A stretch of DNA of 60,214 nt from an uncultured Oscillospiraceae bacterium (lineage in GTDB: Bacteria; Bacillota; Clostridia; Oscillospirales; Oscillospiraceae). Where the stretch lies: contig CATLEJ010000001.1 of assembly GCA_949916125.1 (NCBI GenBank), positions 1 to 60,214 on the forward strand. The letters run 5' to 3'. How positions within the stretch are numbered: position 1 is the stretch's first letter; each line of letters begins with the position of its first letter. Position numbers and translations under genes: made by a program. Below the pieces are notes generated by a model that saw nothing but the letters and a program-made list of their open reading frames with translations, was not told where the DNA came from and made no database searches. Shown here one piece after another: positions 58,962 to 60,214 of the stretch.

Positions 58962-59094
58962 AACCTCAACTCAACCTCAACAAATTGTAAAATTTTTATT
59001 TTTCACCTTGTATGGGGCAGGGAGCTGTACACAATTAAGAAATTTTTAAAAATGCCCCCTTCTATTGAGGTTCAGTTGAGGTTTGCGCTATAAT
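58962..59094. promoter_or_regulatory. divergent promoters with TTGAGGTT tandem boxes
   Basis: AACCTCAA at 58962 and 58973; TTGAGGTT at 59065 and 59076; TATAAT 59089-94. Confidence 0.8.
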
Positions 59095-59118
59095 GTGGAC
59101 GCACAGGGGGTGCAAAGG

Positions 59119-59802
59119 ATGTTTCAAATCTTAGTGGTGGAAGATGACCGGGAGCTGCGGGAGTTGTTCTGCGCCGTTTTGGCGGACAATGGGTACACCG
59201 CCATCCCGGCCCAGGACGGCGCCGCCGCCCTGGACGTGCTGGACGGAGCCAACGTGGATCTCATCATCTCCGACGTGATGATGCCCCGGGTGGACGGCTT
59301 CGAGCTGGTCCGCTCCCTGCGGGAGGCGGGGTACACCGTGCCGGTTCTTCTCATCACGGCCCGGGAGAGCGCCGCCGACAAGCGGGAGGGCTTTCGGGCG
59401 GGGACGGACGACTACATGGTAAAACCCATTGATGTGAACGAAATGGTGTGGCGGGTGGAGGCCCTGCTCCGCCGCAGCCAGATGGTGAGCCAGCGCCGGT
59501 GCCGCCTGGGCGGCGCGGAGCTGGACTGCGGCACGCTGACTGTGCGGTCTGGGACTGGAACGGCGGAACTGCCCCAGAAGGAGTTCTACCTGCTGTACAA
59601 GCTGGCGGCATCCCCCAACCGCATCTTTACCCGGCGGCAGATCTTAGACGACGTGTGGGGCCCGGACAGCGAGGCGGATCCCCACACCTTGGATGTCCAT
59701 ATCAGCCGCCTGCGGGAGCGGTTCAAGGACAGCCCCGACTTTGAGATCGTCACCGTCCGGGGTCTGGGCTACAAGGTGGTGGAGCGTCATGGAAAAGAGT
59801 AA
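59119..59802 (+). CDS. OmpR/PhoB-family response regulator (HssR-like)
   Basis: VVEDD, SDVMMP, DDYMVKP, wHTH DVHISRLR...TVRGLGY. Confidence 0.95.
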   Translation: MFQILVVEDDRELRELFCAVLADNGYTAIPAQDGAAALDVLDGANVDLIISDVMMPRVDGFELVRSLREAGYTVPVLLITARESAADKREGFRAGTDDYMVKPIDVNEMVWRVEALLRRSQMVSQRRCRLGGAELDCGTLTVRSGTGTAELPQKEFYLLYKLAASPNRIFTRRQILDDVWGPDSEADPHTLDVHISRLRERFKDSPDFEIVTVRGLGYKVVERHGKE

Positions 59803-60214
59803 CCGCTCCTGGCGGCTGTCCGCCATGTTCTCCCTGCTGATCTTCCTGAGCCTCACCATCACGGTGGCCCTCACCGGGGCGCTGGCCATGCTGCTGTTTC
59901 ATCTGGGTATTCTGTCAGGGCCAAACCGGGGGGTCGTGATTTTTGTGGTGGCCGCTGTCAGTATCCTGGTCGGTACACAGCTGTCCAAATTCGCCGGGCG
60001 GCACCCGCTGACCGCTATTGCCGCTTTGAACGAGGCCACCAAAGAGGTGGCAAAAGGAAACTTCGACGTGGCGGTGGCGGAGGAAAGCCCTATCAGGGAA
60101 CTGCGGGATATGGCCCACAACTTTAACCGCATGACAAAGGAGCTGGCGGGGACGGAGCTGCTCCGCTCCGACTTTGTGGAGAATGTGTCCCACGAGTTCA
60201 ATACGCCCCTGTCC
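59789..60214 (+). CDS. sensor histidine kinase (partial, runs off window)
   Basis: Two TMs with a very short loop, HAMP, DFVENVSHEFNTPLS. Confidence 0.9.
   Translation, partial: MEKSNRSWRLSAMFSLLIFLSLTITVALTGALAMLLFHLGILSGPNRGVVIFVVAAVSILVGTQLSKFAGRHPLTAIAALNEATKEVAKGNFDVAVAEESPIRELRDMAHNFNRMTKELAGTELLRSDFVENVSHEFNTPLS

Noticed and set aside
1-60214. Integrase, att sites, tRNA or rRNA
   Set aside because: No recombinase motifs or RNA genes were recognised; element boundaries lie outside the window or are not discernible.

Overview
This GC-rich window, probably from a Clostridia/Oscillospiraceae-like genome, is mostly the interior of a Firmicutes integrative conjugative element (ICE) or conjugative element (about 1-49.7 kb). 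No integrase or att site is visible. The backbone carries a MobP3-type relaxase with SEL1 repeats, a VirD4 coupling protein, VirB4, VirB6-like, PrgI-like and pilin-like membrane proteins, an M23 peptidase, a DUF3991/Toprim protein and a UvrD helicase. It also has three orphan DNA methyltransferases, a PAPS-reductase-like gene, ArdA-like genes and a sortase/adhesin module. Three group II introns interrupt genes: the 3' end of one copy (1-170), a near-identical full copy in the adhesin gene (15964-18699), and a different intron in motif I of a split m5C methyltransferase (26158-28833). Both full introns restore the reading frame when spliced. From 49.7 kb onward is cargo: a Sir2 deacylase, three ABC transporter genes (one frameshifted), GNAT, flavodoxin and an OmpR-family two-component system with a visible 11-bp-phased operator. 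The most notable observations are: (1) a shared C-terminal 'Q/E/P-rich linker + G-x-M-x-M' tail on about 16 unrelated cytoplasmic proteins, a candidate T4SS translocation tag; (2) an adhesin ending in a bare LPTTGY next to an apparently secreted sortase and an LPxTG-less membrane protein; (3) recurrent non-AUG starts, including ACG for the relaxase; (4) a 120-bp palindromic in-frame insertion in a gene; and (5) an overlapping-frame, multi-TRD methyltransferase. Family names come from motif recognition, not database searches.
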